DNA of 60,958 bases, the filler included. It is 4 parts of 4 records of this genome, joined end to end, with 100 filler letters (N's around TTAATTAATTAA, not from the genome) between each part and the next. Parts side by side here need not be neighbours in the genome. Positions count along the whole stretch, not along the records: positions 34,595 to 60,958 come from SRR31156797_17575; 3 more parts are not named here. The stretch is one strand, 5' to 3'. Below the pieces are notes generated by a model that had not been told where the DNA came from, did no database searches, and saw only the letters and a program-made list of their open reading frames with translations. The translations under genes were made by a program, and so were the position numbers. Positions 56,769-60,958 of the stretch are shown here, piece after piece (within the stretch, counting starts at the first letter, position 1; every line of letters begins with the position of its first letter).

Positions 56769-58024
56769 AGATACAATTGGTATACCCCACCTGGCCCAAG
56801 CTTGAAAAACAGACCGAGTTCCACCTGCCCCCCCACGGACCCGTGGTATTTGCCGCCTCCCTTCCCGAAGACGTTGAGGTGGATTTCATTGATGAAAATG
56901 TCCAGACCTTTTGTTTTGATACAAATGCCGACCTCATCGGCATCTCGGTAATGCTTACCTGCCAGCTTCCCAGGGCATTTGAAATCGCCGATGAATACCG
57001 GCGGATGGGCCGCCCGGTCATGTTCGGCGGCATTGCCGTCATGCTCCATTCCGAAGAAGTCAGGCAACACGGAGACAGTGTTTTTCTCGGCGAAGCCGAA
57101 GGACGCATGGAGCAGGTGATCCGGGACTTTAAAAACGGAGAGCTTCAGCCGGTTTACGATTATATGAACAATTTCCCTGACATCAACAGCGTGGGAACGG
57201 CCCGCCGGGAAATTCTGGACAGGGAGTGCTACAATTACAGGGGGACCCAGATGCTGGATCTGGTCCACGCCTCCAGGGGATGCCGGTTCAATTGCTTTCC
57301 CTGCTGCAACGGATTTCTGGGCGGACGGCAGTTCAGGCCCCGGCCGGTTAAAAAAGTCATCCAAGAGATGGAAGACATCCCCAACAACCGGCTCTTTGTG
57401 GTGGACAATTCCCTGGCCCATGACAAGGAGTGGCTCATCGAACTGTTCACGGCCATGAAACCGTTGAAAAAAAAATGGGTCTCCCATCCCCTCCTGGATG
57501 ATGAAGAGGTGGTAAAACTGGCGGCAGAAGCCGGGTGCTGGTATGTTTACCAGGCTGTTTTCGATACCTCCGACACCATCAGGAACCGGATACAGCGCCT
57601 CCATGACCACGGCATCGGTGTGGAAGGTACAATCCTTCTGGGCACCGACGACCATGACGAAACCTATATCCGGAACCTGGTTGAATTCTTAACAAAAATC
57701 AAGTTGGATATGGCCGAATTCACCATCCTCACCCCCTTTCCCAAATCCCCCATCAGAAAAAAACTGAAAAACCAGGGCCGTATCTTCAATAATAACTGGC
57801 TGGACTACACCTGCGGAAAAGCGGTATTCCAGCCCAGACAGCTTACCCCTGAAAAGCTGGAAGAACTTTACAACTGGGCCTGGGACACCTTTTACCAGGA
57901 TGGGGGCTACCAGACCAAGATGGGGGAATTGTTTTTCAAAGTCATTAAACGGGAAATCATGGACGGGACCTACCGGCGGTACAATCCCAGAAAAAAACGG
58001 TCTTTTAAAAAGGCCAGGGCCTGA
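56765..58024 (+). CDS. B12-binding-domain radical SAM protein
   Basis: N-terminal cobalamin-binding region (GISV...VMFGG...GEAE); RGCRFNCFPC CxxxCxxC. Confidence 0.9.
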   Translation: MKIQLVYPTWPKLEKQTEFHLPPHGPVVFAASLPEDVEVDFIDENVQTFCFDTNADLIGISVMLTCQLPRAFEIADEYRRMGRPVMFGGIAVMLHSEEVRQHGDSVFLGEAEGRMEQVIRDFKNGELQPVYDYMNNFPDINSVGTARREILDRECYNYRGTQMLDLVHASRGCRFNCFPCCNGFLGGRQFRPRPVKKVIQEMEDIPNNRLFVVDNSLAHDKEWLIELFTAMKPLKKKWVSHPLLDDEEVVKLAAEAGCWYVYQAVFDTSDTIRNRIQRLHDHGIGVEGTILLGTDDHDETYIRNLVEFLTKIKLDMAEFTILTPFPKSPIRKKLKNQGRIFNNNWLDYTCGKAVFQPRQLTPEKLEELYNWAWDTFYQDGGYQTKMGELFFKVIKREIMDGTYRRYNPRKKRSFKKARA

Positions 58025-58025
58025 G

Positions 58026-59414
58026 ATGAGCCGAATACTGCTGATATCGGCCAACACCAATACAGACCCCATACCGGTCTATCCCCTGGGCATGGCATTG
58101 GTGGATGCCGCCCTTTGCAGCCAGGGCCATGAAACAGAACAATTTGATATCCTCTTTGACAGGGAGGGCGGGGAATCAAAGGGCATCCGAAAAGTGATCA
58201 CCTCATTTAACCCTGATATTGTGGGGATTTCCGTACGGAATATCGACGATGTGGACTCCATGTCCAAAAAAAACAATTGGTATCTGTCATGCCTGAAATC
58301 CCTTGTGACAGATATCCGCAGAATACAAAAGGTACCCGTGGTCCTGGGAGGGCCGGCCGTTTCCATTATGCCCGAGACCATCCTTGACTATTCCGGGGCA
58401 GACCACTGCGTTGTGGGAGAGGGAGAAACCGCCTTTAATCTATTGATCGAAAAAATCATCCGCCAGAAAAATCCGCCAAAAATTATGGGCCCCCTGGCCC
58501 CCAGGATGACAACCAAGGAATTTTACAGACCTGGCTACAAAAAAGAGCTGGTGAATTTTTATATAGACCAGAGCGGTATGGTCAACTACCAGACCAAAAG
58601 GGGTTGCCCCTTTGGTTGTAATTATTGTTCCTACCCTCTCATCGAGGGACACAAGTTCAGGTTTCAGAACCCGGACTCCGTGATCGAAGATCTAAAACAG
58701 CTGAAAACCGATTTTAATGTCCCTTCCCTCTTTTTCACGGATTCCGTATTTAACGATCCCGGGGGGCGGTATCTGGAATTAGCCGAGGCCATGATTAGGG
58801 CGGAACTGGGCATAAAATGGGCCGCCTATTTCAGGCCGGATGATATCCCCCCCCAGGACCTTGCACTGCTCCGGCGGTCCGGGCTCTACGCCATGGAGGT
58901 CGGCTCGGATGCGGCCTGCGACACCACCCTGGCCGGCATCGGCAAAAATTTTGATTTCAACCGGGTCAGGGCGTTTAATGAGGCCTGTATCAAAGCCCAA
59001 ATTCCCTGTGCCCATTTTTTTATGTTCGGCGGCCCCGGGGAGACACCGGCCACTGTCCAGGAGGGGCTGGCCAATATTGAAGCACTTGAAAAAACGGTGG
59101 TATTTGTATTTTCCGGTATCCGAATCCTGCCCAAGACCGGGCTTGCGGAGACTGCTGTCAGCCAAGGGATAATCTCCCCCCATGACAGCCTCATAAAACC
59201 CAGTTACTATATTGCCCCGGGACTGGACAAGGGTAAAATGGACCGAAAAATCGAAACGGCCTTTTTCAGGAGAAAAGACAGATTCTTTCCCCCGGAAAAA
59301 GGCCAGATCCGGATGAAGGCCCTCCGGGTATTCGGATTTAAGGGCCTGCTCTGGGATATGATCCTTAAAACAGCCCCTGCCAGAAAACGGCCCCGGGTAA
59401 AAAAAGCCATATGA
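58026..59414 (+). CDS. Lipid-biosynthesis B12-binding radical SAM protein (TIGR04072-like)
   Basis: PVYPLG, GISVRNIDD, LGGPAVS, GEGE, KRGCPFGCNYCSYP and FTDSVFN motifs. Confidence 0.88.
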   Translation: MSRILLISANTNTDPIPVYPLGMALVDAALCSQGHETEQFDILFDREGGESKGIRKVITSFNPDIVGISVRNIDDVDSMSKKNNWYLSCLKSLVTDIRRIQKVPVVLGGPAVSIMPETILDYSGADHCVVGEGETAFNLLIEKIIRQKNPPKIMGPLAPRMTTKEFYRPGYKKELVNFYIDQSGMVNYQTKRGCPFGCNYCSYPLIEGHKFRFQNPDSVIEDLKQLKTDFNVPSLFFTDSVFNDPGGRYLELAEAMIRAELGIKWAAYFRPDDIPPQDLALLRRSGLYAMEVGSDAACDTTLAGIGKNFDFNRVRAFNEACIKAQIPCAHFFMFGGPGETPATVQEGLANIEALEKTVVFVFSGIRILPKTGLAETAVSQGIISPHDSLIKPSYYIAPGLDKGKMDRKIETAFFRRKDRFFPPEKGQIRMKALRVFGFKGLLWDMILKTAPARKRPRVKKAI

Positions 59415-59426
59415 AAAAACAAGCCC

Positions 59427-60875
59427 ATGGAACCCCCTAACAGCATATTATTGGTTCACCCCCTGGGGTATACACCGGAAAAAGCCGGTAGAGATGTGTC
59501 CCGCATGGCCAATATCATGCCCCCCCTGGGGCTTGTGAGCATGGCAGCCGTCCTGGACAGTAAAACCATTCCCAACCATGTGATCGATTGTTATTGCCAT
59601 CCGGATTCGGAAACCATGATCCTGGATTACATAAAAGAGAAATCACCCGGTTTTTTGGGATTCTCCTGCACCACGTCCTCCTTTTTGGACGGCATCTGTA
59701 TATCAGAAAGGGTCAAGGCAAAATTTCCCGATATCAGGGTAGTGTTCGGCGGGGCCCATGTTTCTGCCCTGGGAAAATCTTTGATGGAAAAATTTACGGT
59801 CATTGATTACCTGGTCATCGGTGAGGGGGAAGCCACCCTCACGGAACTGGTTGCGGCAGGACAGAATGATATCTCCAAGATACAGGGCCTGGTATACCGT
59901 GATGCAGGCGGAAAGGCCGTATTCACCGGCTTCAGAAAACGGCTGCTGGATCTGGACAGCCTTCCCTTCCCGGCCTATAATAAACTGGCCGGCTATCCCA
60001 AGGCCTATAAACTACCCATTTTCAATTATCCCAGGGTGCCCAATGCAAGCTGCATCTCATCCAGGGGATGCCCCTATGCCTGTTCCTATTGTGACAGATC
60101 TGTTTTCAGGCGGACCTTCAGGTATAATTCAGCCGAATATCTCTTTTCCCATCTGGCATATCTGAACCGGGAATTCGGCATTCGGCACATCAACTTTTAT
60201 GATGACCAGTTCACTTTTAACCGAAAAAGGGTGGAAGCCTTCTGCAGAAAAATGATTCGAAAAAAACTGGGGATGACATTCAATTGTGCGGCACGGGCCG
60301 AGCACCTTGATTTTGATCTTTTAAGGCTGATGAAGGCCGCAGGGTGCTGGATGATCAGCCTGGGGGTGGAAACCGGAGATCCTGACCTTCTGGCCCAGCA
60401 CCGGCAGAACCCGGATCTCAATATGATCCGGGAAAAAATCATCCTCATCAAAAGGGCGGGGATCCGGGTTAAGGCGCTACTCATGATGGGCCTGCCAGGA
60501 GAGACCCGGGCCAGCATAAAAAAGAGCAAGGAATATGTATTTTCCCTGCCCATTGATGATTTCAACCTTTCAAAATTCACCCCCTTTCCAGGCTCTCCCA
60601 TCTACGAAAAAATAAAGGCACCAGGCTCCGACCTGGGCCGCTTTGATGAACGCTGGGAAAAAATGGACTGCATGGACTTTTGTTTTATCCCTAAAAACAT
60701 GACCCGTGAAGGTTTGGACGAATTGTTCATTGATTTTTATAAAAGCCATTTTCAACGGATCCCCGTGCTGGCCGGATACCTGACCATGGCCTGGAAATCC
60801 CCGGACTCCTGGAAGCGGCTGATCAAGGACCTTTACGGCTTTGTCTCCTTTGCCAAGCAGAACCGGAGGATGTGA
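59427..60875 (+). CDS. B12-binding-domain radical SAM protein (class B methyltransferase-like)
   Basis: PPLGL, FGGAH, GEGE, SRGCPYACSYC, DDQF, GVETG, GLPGET and PFPGS motifs. Confidence 0.9.
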   Translation: MEPPNSILLVHPLGYTPEKAGRDVSRMANIMPPLGLVSMAAVLDSKTIPNHVIDCYCHPDSETMILDYIKEKSPGFLGFSCTTSSFLDGICISERVKAKFPDIRVVFGGAHVSALGKSLMEKFTVIDYLVIGEGEATLTELVAAGQNDISKIQGLVYRDAGGKAVFTGFRKRLLDLDSLPFPAYNKLAGYPKAYKLPIFNYPRVPNASCISSRGCPYACSYCDRSVFRRTFRYNSAEYLFSHLAYLNREFGIRHINFYDDQFTFNRKRVEAFCRKMIRKKLGMTFNCAARAEHLDFDLLRLMKAAGCWMISLGVETGDPDLLAQHRQNPDLNMIREKIILIKRAGIRVKALLMMGLPGETRASIKKSKEYVFSLPIDDFNLSKFTPFPGSPIYEKIKAPGSDLGRFDERWEKMDCMDFCFIPKNMTREGLDELFIDFYKSHFQRIPVLAGYLTMAWKSPDSWKRLIKDLYGFVSFAKQNRRM

Positions 60876-60958
60876 TTTGCCTCTTGCGAATCCCGATGGT
60901 CTCCCCTGGTTTATTTATTGACTATTTGTTACTTTTATGTAACAGATATTCAGTTAAT

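Larger units (their letters stand above)
34815..60875. other. Type II PKS/fatty-acid biosynthetic gene cluster (aryl-polyene/flexirubin/ladderane-island-like)
   Basis: 25 contiguous genes, 24 with lipid-synthesis, tailoring or export roles and one secreted protein of unknown function; many are translationally coupled. Confidence 0.9.

Overview
This window is not one locus. It is four unrelated or unlinked contigs joined by artificial 100-bp spacers (N44-TTAATTAATTAA-N44 at 16241-16340, 26569-26668 and 34495-34594). (1) 1-16240 is an archaeal chromosome piece resembling Methanosarcinaceae. It holds a putative lipid-linked pentose glycosylation cluster (GT-C/PMT-like, polyprenyl-P phosphoribosyltransferase, PHP phosphoesterase, UPF0104 flippase-like), NfnAB/SudAB, an Fe-S PAPS-reductase-family protein, archaeal ThrRS, an active and an apparently dead acylphosphatase, a PGF-CTERM surface protein, ThiI, a candidate sRNA and a Pro-rich repeat protein. 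(2) 16341-26568 is a GC-rich bacterial piece in a Desulfobacteraceae-like style. It holds a Cache lipoprotein/histidine kinase/sigma54 regulator module upstream of an amidase and APC permease, a PA2779/PA2778 pair and PhzF. (3) 26669-34494 is a phage head-packaging region (terminase, portal, long MuF protein) interleaved with about 13 small, tightly packed genes. (4) 34595-60958 is a ~26-kb type II PKS/fatty-acid gene cluster resembling aryl-polyene/flexirubin and 'ladderane-island' clusters. It encodes an ammonia-lyase and CoA ligase, six KS-family genes, two ACPs, a CrtI-like oxidoreductase, a PagL-like barrel, acyl- and glycosyltransferases, export proteins and three tandem B12-binding radical SAM enzymes. 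This cluster is the strongest candidate for an undescribed system. All family and taxon calls come from motif recognition, not database searches.
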